A DNA stretch of 57,407 nt, the filler included, from Squatina squatina (Eukaryota), in the NCBI GenBank assembly GCA_031763465.1. It is 3 parts of 3 records of this genome, joined end to end, with 100 filler letters (N's around TTAATTAATTAA, not from the genome) between each part and the next. Parts side by side here need not be neighbours in the genome. Positions count along the whole stretch, not along the records: positions 30,079 to 57,407 come from JARFOE010000079.1; 2 more parts are not named here. One strand, 5' to 3'. How positions within the stretch are numbered: the stretch's first letter is position 1; each line of letters begins with the position of its first letter. Of the stretch, positions 37,705 through 50,054 are shown piece by piece. A program made the translations under genes and the position numbers. The notes beneath the pieces are model-generated. The model saw only the letters and a list, made by a program, of their open reading frames with translations, ran no database searches and was not told the DNA's origin.

Positions 37705-38216
37705 CGCACCTGAACGGAGCGGGAGGCTCGAGCTGTCAGAACCACGATGATAATGACGGCTGCTACCTGCAGGTGGGCAAGCGGAGGAACACCATGGAGA
37801 TGGCCACACTAACCCCCAGCACCAGCGCCAAGCTGGACCGTGTCCGCAGCAACGCCTCCGAGTCCAAGTTGGTGGCCAAGAAGCGGGTGATCCGCATGCT
37901 GATAGTCATCGTGGTGATGTTCTTCATCTGCTGGATGCCCATCTACAGCGTCAACACCTGGCGCGCCTTCGACGATGCCAACGCCATCCGACGCCTCTCG
38001 GNNNNNNNNNNCCTGCTGTGCTACACCTCCGCCTGCGTCAACCCCCTGGTCTACTGCTTCATGAACAAGCGCTTTCGCAAGGCTCTGCTCACTACTTTCG
38101 CCCGCTGCCTGCGGCCGCTCAGGGTCTTCAAAAATCTGGAGGAGGAGCCGGGGGCCACAGGGACTTCTCTGTCCAAGTTCAGCTACACCACCGTCAGCAC
38201 TGTGGGACCCCTGTAA
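37705..38216 (+). CDS. CCKBR: Cholecystokinin B receptor terminal exon (ICL3, TM6, TM7, C-tail); 10-N gap at 38002-38011
   Basis: tttgtag| acceptor; DGCYLQ, AKKRVIRMLIVIV, CWMPIYSVNTWRAFD, SACVNPLVYCFM. The C-terminus SKFSYTTVSTVGPL* is CCKBR-like, and FHIP1B is adjacent as in human. Confidence 0.88.
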
Positions 38217-38349
38217 AGGCAGGCTCCCTCACTCCCTCACTCCCCCACTNNNNNNNNNNNNNNNNNNNNNNNNNNNNNNNNNNNNNNNNNNNNNNNNNNN
38301 NNNNNNNNNNNNNNNNNNNNNNNNNNNNNNNNNNNNNNNNNNNNNNNNN

Positions 38350-38981
38350 AGTACTCCAGGTGTGGCTTCACCAATGCCCTGTATGATTGTAGTAAGACGA
38401 CCTTACTCTTATACTCTAATTCCTTTGTAACAAAAGTGAACATACGATTTGCTTGCTGTCCCTGCATGTTAACTTTCTGTGATTTGTGTGCAAGGACAGC
38501 CAGGTCCCTCTGAATACAAACATTTCCCTGTCTCTCACCATTCAAATAATATTCTGCTTTTTTGTTTTTCTGACCAAAATGGATAACTTTACACTTCCCC
38601 ACGTTGTATTCCAATTGTCATGTTTTGCCCACTCAGTCAACCTGTCTATATCTCTCAGCAGCCACTTTGCATGCTCTTCACAGTTTACATTCCCACTTAA
38701 TTTTGTATCATCAGCAAACATGGATACGTTACACTTAGTCCCTTCATCTAAGTGATGAATATAGATTGCAAATAGCTGAGGCTCAACCACTGATGCTTGC
38801 GGTACCCGGCTAGTTACAGTCTGCCAATCCAAAAAAGTCCTCTTTAATCCTACTCTGTTTTCTGCCCATTAACCGATTCTCAATTCATGCCAATATATTA
38901 CCCCAAATCCCATGAGTTCTAATTTTGTGTAATAACCCCTTAGGAACATCCAAATACACCACATCCACTGGTTCCCCCCTA
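38350..38981 (-). mobile_element. CR1 LINE RT fragment
   Basis: VPQASVVEPQLFAIYIHHLDEG...FADDTKL...YRALVKPHLEY. Confidence 0.9.
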
Positions 38982-39346
38982 NNNNNNNNNNNNNNNNNNN
39001 NNNNNNNNNNNNNNNNNNNNNNNNNNNNNNNNNNNNNNNNNNNNNNNNNNNNNNNNNNNNNNNNNNNNNNNNNNNNNNNNNAGGTGAGGCCAGAATCAGA
39101 TCAGCCATGATCTGATTGAATGGCGGAGCAGACTCGAGGGGCCGAATGGCCGACTCCTGCTCCTATTTCTTATGTTCTTACGTATCCAGGGCCTAACTAA
39201 AGCACCCAAAACACCCCAAACCAGGAAACACGGCACAATCTCAATCCAACACACGGCACAATCCCAATCTAACCAGGACACACAGCCCAATCTAACACCA
39301 CCGCGCAGCCTCTACTGTACGGGTACGGACGTGGTGATGTCCTTAC

Positions 39347-39475
39347 CTGTGCCCAGTGGTTTTTAAACACCATGAAGCAGGTCTCGGGGTCGGCTGTAAC
39401 TGGGGTCTGGGGGCCTGAAGCCCGGCTCGCCCTGTTGCCGGCTCCTCTGGGGTTCAGCTTAGTCAGCCAGCTCAT
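39347..39475 (-). CDS. FHIP1B: FHIP1B (FAM160A2) first coding exon
   Basis: ATG at 39475 to CAG|gtaagg. MSWLTKLNPRGAGNRASRASGPQTPVTADPETCFMVFKNHWAQ vs recalled human MERMNWLSRLASRGPGHRIPQGANLQTPVMADPETCLMVFKNHWSQ. Confidence 0.9.
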
Positions 39476-39915
39476 TCTTTCCACAGGCTCCGGAGTGTGG
39501 GTGCCGGGTGGGAGAGGAAGGGGTAGGATGGGTGTGAAGCAGGGGTCGGGGAAGGGGGAGTGGGTAGAGGGTGGGGGAATAGGGGGTTAGGAAGAGCAAG
39601 GGGCAGTGGGGTATAACTCTCACCGCAGCAGTGTGTGTGGACACTATCCAGTCAGTTTCCTGCTTGTAGCCAGTATCATCCTGTCTGGAGGTGCCCCTTC
39701 TCCATGCTGCCTCAGTCAGGGGGCATCACTGGAAAAAACAGATATGAAAGCTTTAATTCATGAGGAGGTAGACAGGAGAAAGCTGCAGCATTCTGGGGAC
39801 AGACAAATTCTGCCANNNNNNNNNNNNNNNNNNNNNNNNNNNNNNNNNNNNNNNNNNNNNNNNNNNNNNNNNNNNNNNNNNNNNNNNNNNNNNNNNNNNN
39901 NNNNNNNNNNNNNNN

Positions 39916-42900
39916 CAGGGGTACTGAGGGAGTGCTGTATTCTCAGAGGTGCTGAGGGAGTGATGTATTGTCAGAGGTGCTGAGGGAGTGCTCTATTGCC
40001 GATGCTGCTGAGGCTGTGCTATCTTGTCAGAGGTGCTGAGTTTGTGCTGTATTGTCAGAGGTGCTGAGGGAGTGCTGTATCGTCAGGGGTACTGAGGGAG
40101 TGCTGTATTCTCAGAGGTGCTGAGGGAGTGATGTATTGTCAGAGGTGCTGAGGGAGTGCTGTATTGACAGATGCTGAGGGAGTGCTGTGTTGTCAGGGGT
40201 GCTGAGGGAGTGCTGTATTGACTGAGGTGCTGAGGCTGTGCCGTATTGTCACAGATGTTGAGGGAGTGCAGTCTTGTCAGAGGTGCTGAGGGAGTGCTGT
40301 ATTGTCAGGGGTGCTAAGGCTGTGCTGTATTGTCAGAGGTGCTGCTGGAGTGCTGTATTGTCAGAGGTGTTGAGGGAGTGCTGTCCCGTCAGGGGTACTG
40401 AGGGAGTGCTGTATTGTCAGAGGAGCTGAGGCTGTGTTGTATTGTCAGAGGTGCTGAGGGAGTGCTCGATTGCCGATGCTGCTGAGGCTGTGCCGTATTG
40501 TTAGAGGTGCTGAGGGAGTGCTGTATTGTCAGGGGTGTTGAGGGAGTGCTGTATTGTCGGGGATGGTAAGGGAGTGCTGTATTGTCAGGGGTGCTAAGGC
40601 TGTGCTGTATTGTCAGAGGTGTTGAGGGAGTGCTGTATTGTCCGAGGTGCTGAGGCTGTGCTGTCTTGTCAGGGGTGCTGAGGCTGTGCTGTCTTGTCAG
40701 GGGTTGTGAGGGAGTGCAGTCTTGTCAGAGGTGCTGAGGGAGTGCTGTATTGTCAGAGGTGTTGAGGCTGTGCTGTATCGTCAGAGGCGTTGAGGGAGTG
40801 CCATAATGTCGGGGATGCTGAGGCTGTGCTGTATTGTCAGGGGCGTTGAGGGAGTACTGTATTGTCAGAGGTGTTGAGGGAGTGCACTATTGTCAGGGAT
40901 GCTAAGGGAGTGCTGTATTGTCAGAGGTGCTAAGGCTGTGCTGTATTGTCAGGTGCTGAGGGAGTGCAGTATTGTCAGAGATGCTGAGGGAGTGCAGTAT
41001 TGTCAGGTGCTGAGGGAGTGCTGTATTGTCAGAGGTGCTGAGGGATTGCTGTATTGTCGGGGATGCTGAGGCTGTGCTGTATTGTCAGAGATGCTGATGG
41101 CGTGCTGTATCGTCAGTGGTGCTGAGGGAGGGCTGTATTGTCATGGGTGCTGAGGGAGGGCTGTATTGCCAGAGATGCTGAGGGCGTGCTGTATTGTCAC
41201 TGTTGCTGAGGGAGGGCTGTATTGCCAGAGGTGTTGAGGGATTGCTGTCTTGCCATGGGTGCTGAGGGAGTCCTGTATATTCATGGGTGCTGAGGGAGGG
41301 CTGTATTGCCAGAGATGCTGAGGGATTGCTGTATTGTCAGAGGTGCTGAGGGAGGGCTGTATTGTCAGAGGTGCTGAGGGTGTGCAGTATTCTCAGAGGT
41401 TCTGAGGGAGTGCAGTATTGTCAGAGGTGCTGAGGCTGTGTTGTATTGTCAGAAGTGCTGAGGGAGTGCTCTATTGACGATGCTGCTGAGGCTGTGCTGT
41501 ATTGACTGAGGTGCTGAGGCTGTGCTGTAATGTCAGAGGTACTGAGGGAGTGCTGTATTGTCTGAGGTACTGAGAGCGTGCAGTATTGTCAGAGGTGCTG
41601 AGTTTGTGCTGTATTGACTGGTGCTGAGGGAGTGCTGTATCGTCAGAGGCGTTGAGGGAGTGCCATAATGTCAGGGATGCTGAGGGAGTGCTGTATTGTC
41701 AGGGGTGTTGAGGGAGTGCTGTATTGACAGGGATGCTAAGGGAGTGCTGTATTGTCAGGGGTGCTTAGGCTGTGCTGTATTGTCAGGGGGGGTTAGGCTG
41801 TGCTGTATTGTCAGAGGTGCTGAGGGAGTGCAGTATTGTCAGAGGTGCTGTGCTGTATTGTCGGGGATGCTGAGCGAATGTAGTATTGCCAGAGGTTCTG
41901 AGGGAGTGCTGTATTGTCAGAGGTGCTGAGGGAGTGCAGTATTGTCAGAGGTTCTGAGGGAGTGCAGTATTGTCAGAGGTTCTGAGGGAGTGCAGTATTG
42001 TCAGAGGTTCTGAGGGAGTGCTGTATTGTCAGAGGTGCTGAGGCTGTGTTGTATTGTCAGATGTGCGGTGGGAGTGCTGCATTGTCAGAGGTACTAAGGC
42101 TGTGCTGTATTGTCAGAGATGCTGATGGCGTGCTGTATTGTCAGTGTTGCTGAGGGAGGGCTGTATAGCCTGAGGTGCTGAGGGAGTGCTGTATTATCAT
42201 TGGTGCTGAGGGAGGGCTGTATTGCCAGAGGTGCTGAGGGATTGCTGTATTGTCATGGGTGCTGAGGGAGTGCTGTATTGTCATGGGTGCTGAGGGAGTG
42301 CAGTATTGTCATGGGTGCTGAGGGAGTGCAGTATTCTCAGAGGTGCTGAGGGAGTCCTGTATTGTCAGGGGTGTTGAGGGAGTGCTGTCTCGTCCGAGGT
42401 GTTGAGGGAGTGCTGTATTGTCAGAGGTGCTGAGGCTGCGCTGTATTGTCAGAGGTGCTGAGGGAGTGCTGTATTGTCAGAGGTGCGGTGGGAGTGCTGT
42501 ATTGTCATTGGTGCTGAGGGAGTGCTGTATTGTCATGGGTGCTGAGGGATTGCTGTATTGTCATGGGTGCTGAGGGATTGCTGTATTGTCATGGGTGCTG
42601 AGGGAGTGCAGTATTCTCAGAGGTGCTGAGGCTGTGCTGTATTCTCAGAGGTGCTGAGGGAATGCTATCTTGTCAGAGGTACTGAGAGAGTGCTGTATTG
42701 ACAGGTGCTGAGGGAGTGCTGTATTAGAGATGCTGAAATTGTGCAGTATTGTCAGAGGTGCTGAGGGAGTGCTGTATTGTCAGAGGTGCTGAGGGAGTGC
42801 TGTATTGTCAGAGGTGCTGAGGGAGTGCTGTATTGTCAGCCGTGCTGATGGAGGGCTGTATTCTCAGAGGTGCTGATGGAGTACCGTATTGTCAGAGATA

Positions 42901-43640
42901 CTGAGGGAGTGCTGTATTGTCACAGTTGGTTAGGGGGTGCTGTATTGTCAGAGGTACTGAGTGAGTGCTGTATTGTCAGAGGTAGTGATGGAGTGCTTTA
43001 TTGTCAGAGGTGCTGAGTCTGTGCTGTATCGTCAGAGGTGCTGAGTCTGTGCTGTATTGTCAGAGATACCGAGGGAGTGCTGTATTGTCAGAGGTGCCGA
43101 GGGAGTGCTGTATTGTCAGAGGTGCTGAGTGAGTGCAGTATTGTCAGAGGTACTGAGGGAGTGCAGTATTGTCAGAGGTACTGAGGGAGTACTGTATTCT
43201 CAGAGGTACTGAGGGAGTGCTGTATTGTTGGGAATGCTGAGGGAGTGCAGTATTGTCAGGGGTGCTGAGGGAGTGCTGTATTGTCAGAGGTGCTGAGGCT
43301 GTGCTGTATTGACCGAGGTACTGAGGCTATGATGTATTCTCAGAGGTGCTGAGGGAGTGCTGTCTTGTCAGAGGCACTGAGAGAGTGCTGTAATGTCAGA
43401 GCTGCTGAGTTTGTGCTGTATTGATAGGTGCTGAGGCTGTGCAGTATTGTCAGAGGTGCTGAGGGAGTGCGGTATTGACAGGTAGTGAGGGAGTGCTGTA
43501 CTGACAGGTAGTGAGGGAGTGCTGTATTGTCAGAGGTACTGAGGCTGTGCCGTATTGTCAGAGGTGCTGAGGGATTGCTGTATTGTCAGAGGTGCTGAGG
43601 TTGTGCTGTATTGTCAGAGGTACTGAGGGAGTGCTGTCTT
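39916..43640. repeat. 28-bp satellite array, about 130 copies, gap-bounded on both sides
   Basis: Consensus GTGCTGAGGGAGTGCTGTATTGTCAGAG, head-to-tail, with recurrent variants and occasional 26-bp units. Confidence 0.97.
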
Positions 43641-43740
43641 NNNNNNNNNNNNNNNNNNNNNNNNNNNNNNNNNNNNNNNNNNNNNNNNNNNNNNNNNNNN
43701 NNNNNNNNNNNNNNNNNNNNNNNNNNNNNNNNNNNNNNNN

Positions 43741-43825
43741 AAAATCAGGGATACGCAAGAGGACAGAGTTGGAGGAGCGCAGAGATCTCAGGGGGGTGGG
43801 GGAGGAGGGGTTGCAGGCTGTAGAA
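43741..43825 (-). mobile_element. L2 3' fragment
   Basis: Reverse complement ctgagatctctgcgctcctccaactctgtcctcttgcgtatccctgatttt matches about 33950-34000. Confidence 0.8.
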
Positions 43826-44506
43826 GCAGGAACACTTGCTGTTTTTTGTTTAACTCCCTTACCTCCCCTCCGATTCCAGGAGGTTGTTTTTGTAGCACCC
43901 TTTAACGTCGCGGAGACCGGAGCAGCAGCCTTCCCTGGTCGAATACCCCTACCACCGCCCCCCGCACCCGCCCTCATTTAGAAAAAAATATATATCTAAA
44001 GGGAATCGCACAATGTAAACTGATCAAACTGCTGCCGTTCCCTCACAGGGGTCTCGGAAGCTGGGAGCTGCAGACCAGAGAACTTGAAAGGAGGGGGTTT
44101 TTAGTCGAGGAAGGAGAGGGAGACGGAACAGAAGATGGAGAAATGGCCACGCCCGCGGACCATCACTCCTTGCGAATCCCCAGCAACCACACAACTGACA
44201 CTATGGAATGGCAGGAGTCCTTGGCGAGTGCGGGAGCCAGTGGCAGCAACAGGAACGCCACTCGTTATTTAAAAGATTTTAATACGTTTTGTAAAACTGT
44301 TGTAGTATAGAGGGTGCTGAAGGAAACCTGTACATATTTTACAATCTGCATCCCACCTCCCCACACAATCTGAGAACCAGTTTATTTAATTCAACCCTGA
44401 CTTCCGNNNNNNNNNNNNNNNNNNNNNNNNNNNNNNNNNNNNNNNNNNNNNNNNNNNNNNNNNNNNNNNNNNNNNNNNNNNNNNNNNNNNNNNNNNNNNN
44501 NNNNNN

Positions 44507-44928
44507 GTACCCTGGAAATACTGCACATTCCCAGTGATCCCCGGGAAATGCTGACACACTCCCGGGGACACCCTGTAAGTACTGAAACACTCACGGGTAC
44601 ATCCTGTAAATACTAACACACTACTAGAGATCCCCTGTTAAAACTGTCACACTCCTGGGGGCCCCCTGTCAATAATGACACACGCCTGAAGACCCCTGTA
44701 AATACTGGGACCCCTTGTAAGTACTGACAAACTCACGGGTACCCCCTGTAAACACTGACACAATCACGGGTACCTCCTGTAAACACTGACACACTCACAG
44801 GGACCCGCTGTAAATACTGACACACTCTCGGGCACCTCCTGTAAATACTGACACAATCATGGGTAACCCTTGTAAACACTGACACACTCCCGGGGACCTG
44901 CTGTAAATACTGACACACTCCCGAGGAC
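44507..44928. repeat. ~30-bp minisatellite, about 14 degenerate copies
   Basis: Unit like cctgtaaatactgacacactcccggggac. Confidence 0.9.
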
Positions 44929-45754
44929 TGTCGGAGGTTTCTGCACCGGATCTGTACCCTCTTACTAACAGTTCGTGGACATCAGGAATTATGAGAACAA
45001 AACTGGACATGGCACAGGGTTTCGGGGCTCNNNNNNNNNNNNNNNNNNNNNNNNNNNNNNNNNNNNNNNNNNNNNNNNNNNNNNNNNNNNNNNNNNNNNN
45101 NNNNNNNNNNNNNNNNNNNNNNNNNNNNNNATCTGGTGTCTTCACTGAAGCACACTAATCTGTTCTCCCGCAGACTGATTGGCATAAAGTGAAGATGCCT
45201 CGGGGGAGTGACAGTGTTGATGAGGAGGCTGGACCTGCGGTCCTCTCTCAGGATGACAGCACTCCTTATCCCGGCAGTGGTACTCTGCCATTGCAGCTGT
45301 CCATGGCTGTCACCCAGGCAGCCATGACTGCCGCCGTTCCTGCGGTGGAGCAGTCTGAAGCCGACCCTTCCGGAGCAGAGCTGCTTGAGGGCAACCAAAA
45401 AAGACACCTGTGGTGACCCACCCATCTTCACAGCAGCCGAGCAGTAGCCCTGCCGCAGCCACAGAAGAGTCACTTCGGAGGAGTCAAAGAGTAGGCAAAT
45501 TAAAATAAGGAAATGCACAAGAGTGAATAGAAAGAGCAGTTTGTAATTGTTGGGTGCTTCTGGGCACCTCCCCAAAAGAGCACACGAAGTTCAAGAGCCG
45601 CCGGCTGGGAAAAAAACCCTCAGCGCCCTGGGAGCGCCTCCATAGTGGTCGCAAACCAGGCGCACAAGACCCATCAATTTTGGGCCCAGAGAGTTTAACG
45701 GTAGCAGTGCAGCAGAGAATAAGGTCAAAGCAGGGAATGATGGTAAAAAAAAAA

Positions 45755-46228
45755 AATTAAAGGCTTTTTAGCTGAACACACGAAGCATTTGTAACAAGAT
45801 AGATGAACTAGTGGCACAAATAGAGATAAATTGGTTTTATCTAATAGCCATCACAGAGACATGGCTGCAAGGTGACCAATGTTGGCAACTAAATGTTCCA
45901 GGATACTTTACGTTTCGAAAAGANNNNNNNNNNNNNNNCCCTGACAATAAAGTATGACGTAAGGACAGTAGAGAGAAAGGATCTTGGCTCGGAAGATCAG
46001 GAAGTAGAATCAGTATGCGTGGAGATAAGGAATAACAAGGGGCGGAAAACACTGGTGGGAGTAGTAGACAGGCCCCCTAACGGTAGCTATACCGTTGGAC
46101 AGAATATTAATGAAGAAATAGTAGGAGCTTGGAACAAAGGTAATGCAATAATCATGGGCAACTTTAATTTTAATATAGACTGGACAAATCATTGGCAAAG
46201 GTTGGCTGGAGGACGAATTCATGGACTG
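45755..46228 (+). mobile_element. CR1 ORF2 endonuclease (APE) N-terminus, degenerate
   Basis: NTRSICNKIDEL...LIAITETWLQG...ESVCVEIRNNKGRKTLVGVVDRPPN...IIMGNFN. Confidence 0.88.
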
Positions 46229-46504
46229 NNNNNNNNNNNNNNNNNNNNNNNNNNNNNNNNNNNNNNNNNNNNNNNNNNNNNNNNNNNNNNNNNNNNNNNN
46301 NNNNNNNNNNNNNNNNNNNNNNNNNNNNCCAGTTACAGAGCTGCAGTCAGGAAGGTTACTAAATGTTTGACTCTGATTCTTTGCTGTTTTGTTAGGTAAT
46401 CTTCACAAAGCTAAAGATTATTTTATTTTATCATTATGCACCTAGTCTGCAAGTATTTTAAATCTTGTGGGAGGGGAGCTGTTAATTATGAAGTATTACA
46501 AGTT

Positions 46505-46855
46505 ATTTACAGTACAGAAACAGGCCATTTGGCCCAACAGGTCAATGCCAGTGTTTATGCTTCACACGAGCCTCCTCCCACCCTTCTTCATCTAACCTCT
46601 TTTACATATCCATATATTTCCATTTCCCTTGTGTGAGTCTCCCTTATCTAGCAACCCCTTAAACACATCTATACTATTTACCTCAATTACTCCTTGTGGT
46701 AGTGACTTCCACATTCAAGCATTCTCTGGGTAAGGAAGTTTCTCCTAAATTCCCTATTGGATTTATAAGTGACTATCTTATATTGAAGGCCCCTAGTTCT
46801 GGTCTCCCCCACAAGCGGGAACATCTTCTCTCCATCTACCCAATCAAAGGTTTTC
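46505..46855 (-). mobile_element. CR1 3' end
   Basis: acagaaacaggccatttggccc...ttccacattc...tctgggtaaggaagtttctcct. Confidence 0.75.
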
Positions 46856-46955
46856 NNNNNNNNNNNNNNNNNNNNNNNNNNNNNNNNNNNNNNNNNNNNN
46901 NNNNNNNNNNNNNNNNNNNNNNNNNNNNNNNNNNNNNNNNNNNNNNNNNNNNNNN

Positions 46956-47290
46956 CAGCCCTACGACCATCCGAGATCTCTGCACTCCTCCAATTCTGCC
47001 CTCTTGAGCATCCCCGATTTTAGTCGCTCCACCATTGGCGGCCGTGCCTTCAGCTGCCAAGGCCCTAAGCTCTGGCATTCCATCCCTAAACCTCTCTGCC
47101 TCCCTACCTCTCTTTTCTCCTTTGAAGATGCTCCTTAAAACTAACCTCTTTGACCAAGCTTTGATCTGCCCTAATGTCTCCTTATGTGGTTCAGGGCCAA
47201 ATTTTGTTTGATAACACTCCTGTGATGGGCCATGGGATGTTTCACTACATTAAAGGCGCTATATAAATATAAGTCATTGTTGCTGTTAGT
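46956..47290 (+). mobile_element. L2 3' end
   Basis: Same family as 33803-34250. Confidence 0.85.
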
Positions 47291-47294
47291 AAAA

Positions 47295-47552
47295 GAACCA
47301 TAGGGAAATATGGGAGAATTTGTTTTACAAAGCATGTTGTTATGATCTGGAATGCACTGCCTGAAAGGCTGGTGAAAGCAGATTCAACAGTAACTTTCAA
47401 AAGTGAATTGGATAAATACTCGTAAAAGAAAACATTGTGGAGCTATGGAGGAAAGAGCAAGGGAGTGGGACTAATTGGATAGCTCTTTCAAAGAACAGGC
47501 ACGGGTACAGTGGGCCAAATGGCCTCCTTCTGTGCTGAATGATTCTATATAT
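47295..47552 (+). mobile_element. CR1 3' end
   Basis: tggaatgcactgcctga...gggccaaatggcctccttctgtgctgaatgattctat. Confidence 0.8.
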
Positions 47553-47658
47553 CTCTGANNNNNNNNNNNNNNNNNNNNNNNNNNNNNNNNNNNNNNNNNN
47601 NNNNNNNNNNNNNNNNNNNNNNNNNNNNNNNNNNNNNNNNNNNNNNNNNNNNNNNNNN

Positions 47659-47835
47659 ACCCCCACCAACCCACCTTCTCCCCAACCCCTCAACCCCACT
47701 CACCAACCATTTTCCCCAGATCCCTCAAACCCACCCACCCACCTTCTCCCCATATACCTCAACCCCACCCACCCACCTTCTCTCCATATCTCCAACCCCA
47801 CACACCCACCTTCCCCATATCCCCCTCCCCATTCT
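47659..47835. repeat. C-rich degenerate tandem repeat
   Basis: Repeated aaccccacccacccaccttctccccatat-like units. Confidence 0.8.
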
Positions 47836-50054
47836 TCTGCTCTCCCAAAGCTCAAAAACTGGGATGCTTAAGCCCCTGCCCTTTATACTTCCTGGGTCTG
47901 GAGGAATAGGGATGGCTGATTCCAGATTGGTGTAAAAAGTCTGCTCCCTGATTGACAGATTTAGACCAATCAGGATGCAGCCTTTTCCAATATTCCAGAC
48001 CCTGGTAATTCAAATGGTTGAAATGGAGTCAAAATTGAAATCAGCTTTGTGCACATAAGTATACAAAGATGAAAGGAACCTTTCAGGGGCTTCACAGGCC
48101 ATATATAAGGGAGGAGAAATTGGGCTACTTTGTGCCTCCCGTTAGTGCCCCCAGGGGTGCAAATGAGTTTGCGACCTGGCAAGAACAGCACTCCCCGCTA
48201 AATTCGGCTGGGGTTTTGCGGCGGCGGTAACATGTAGGGTGGATTTGGCTTGTGAGCCATGTCTTGGATACCCCTTCCCTACAATATATTATCAACAGTT
48301 GATTAAAATTCTGTGAACCAAACCCCAGATGGCTCATTGAAGAACTAATTAAACCACATCAATATAAAATCAATTGAGCTAAAAGGCAGTGACAGCTTCA
48401 GAAAATCACAGTATCATGAGATACAGAAGCATTCTATTTTGCTTAGTACTCATAGAATGATACAGCACAGGAGGCCATTTGGCCCATCGTGCCTGTGGCA
48501 GCTCTTTGGTGGAGCGATCCAATTAGTTCCACTCCCCTGNNNNNNNNNNNNNNNNNNNNNNNNNNNNNNNNNNNNNNNNNNNNNNNNNNNNNNNNNNNNN
48601 NNNNNNNNNNNNNNNNNNNNNNNNNNNNNNNNNNNNNNNGAGTATTATGGCTGCGCGCTACAACAGGGGACCAACTGATTGAATCAACTCAAAAGGACAC
48701 CGATTGTACTTTTAATGACTATAATCCTTCGCCAGTTACAGATGATTGAGGCTCCTTTCGCAGTGTTATCACTATTAATAACTTCACCTTCATTCTTTCA
48801 ATGGAATAAATAAGCACCTTGTTTTTTTAATTTATTATGCAGATAGACTTTATGTGATTCCTGTTTGATAATACAATCTGTATTAGTATCGATGGTTTCC
48901 CAATGTCAGACTATATGCCAACGGGGCAATTGTATTTTGGGCGTGCTGTTGTATTGTACGCTGGGTGGGATGGGGCGCAGTCCCAGTGTCGCCTCTCTGT
49001 TTCCTCCGTGGTTTTAAATGAACTGTGATGTACGAAACCTCTTTGGAGTATAAATAAATGATTATAGTTTATCTCTGGAGACAATCTTCATTCAGTGCAC
49101 GCTGTGGCCCAATTCTCTCTCTCTATCGGGATGGGGGACATTCAGTAAGAAGGGCTGGTATCGCGCAGTCCCTCTCCCCCAGGGAGATTTTGGCAAACAA
49201 ATTTCAACAGAGTAATTGTGAGGCAGTACATTTTGGTAAGAAAAATAAAGAAGTTGGTCACATTACTTGGAAAATAAGAATCTAANNNNNNNNNNNNNNN
49301 NNNNNNNNNNNNNNNNNNNNNNNNNNNNNNNNNNNNNNNNNNNNNNNNNNNNNNNNNNNNNNNNNNNNNNNNNNNNNNNNNNNNNAAAACAAACCCCCGA
49401 AACAGTCGCCAGTCCCCTCTCCTGGTCTGACGGCTGTATTCCAACCGACAGAAATAGATGGAAAGACAGTAAACTCAGGCTGGAAACGGTGAGTTTTCCA
49501 GATGCTTGTTAAGGTTTGGAAAAATCACAAAAATGAAACAAGCGATACTATAAATGTTCTGTGCCTTGTTTTAAACAGTCACAGTGTCAATTTGTCACAT
49601 ATATCATAATTGCACACTATTTGGATTTTTTTTTCGATGTTCTAAGCTGCAGCACTGGATTCCAGTTCAGCAAATGGGGATGAGATTAATTTAGCCTCAG
49701 AGAAGCGGCTTGCACATAAATGGCCAAATGTAACACATTGGAGGAGCTGGGCAGGCTCATTGTAGCTAGGCTGAGGACTCGTCCATTAAGTGGTCGGTTA
49801 GCGAAGCCATCCAGATCAAGAAAGTCCCAGGTTCCATCTCTGGGACATCGGCTGATGTCAGCCAGGGGAGCAGTTGGAATGCTGCAGTTTGCCTCAGGTC
49901 CTTTCTCCTCCTCACCCCTGCCCCACCGTAGGAGGGGATATTACACCATCCCACGAATTTGCGTGTCATCCTTGCGCTGAACCCAATCACTATTGGGTGA
50001 GCTCTCCTGGAGATGTGCCAGTGTGTGTAGGTACCCACATGGCATCCAATCATA

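Noticed and set aside
38002-38011. Apparent deletion at the start of CCKBR TM7
   Set aside because: A 10-N placeholder stands where a GAPISFIH-like segment is expected; an assembly gap, not a mutation.
39916-43640. CRISPR-like array of 28-bp repeats
   Set aside because: Units are head-to-tail with no unique spacers, there are no cas genes and the context is vertebrate; it is a satellite.
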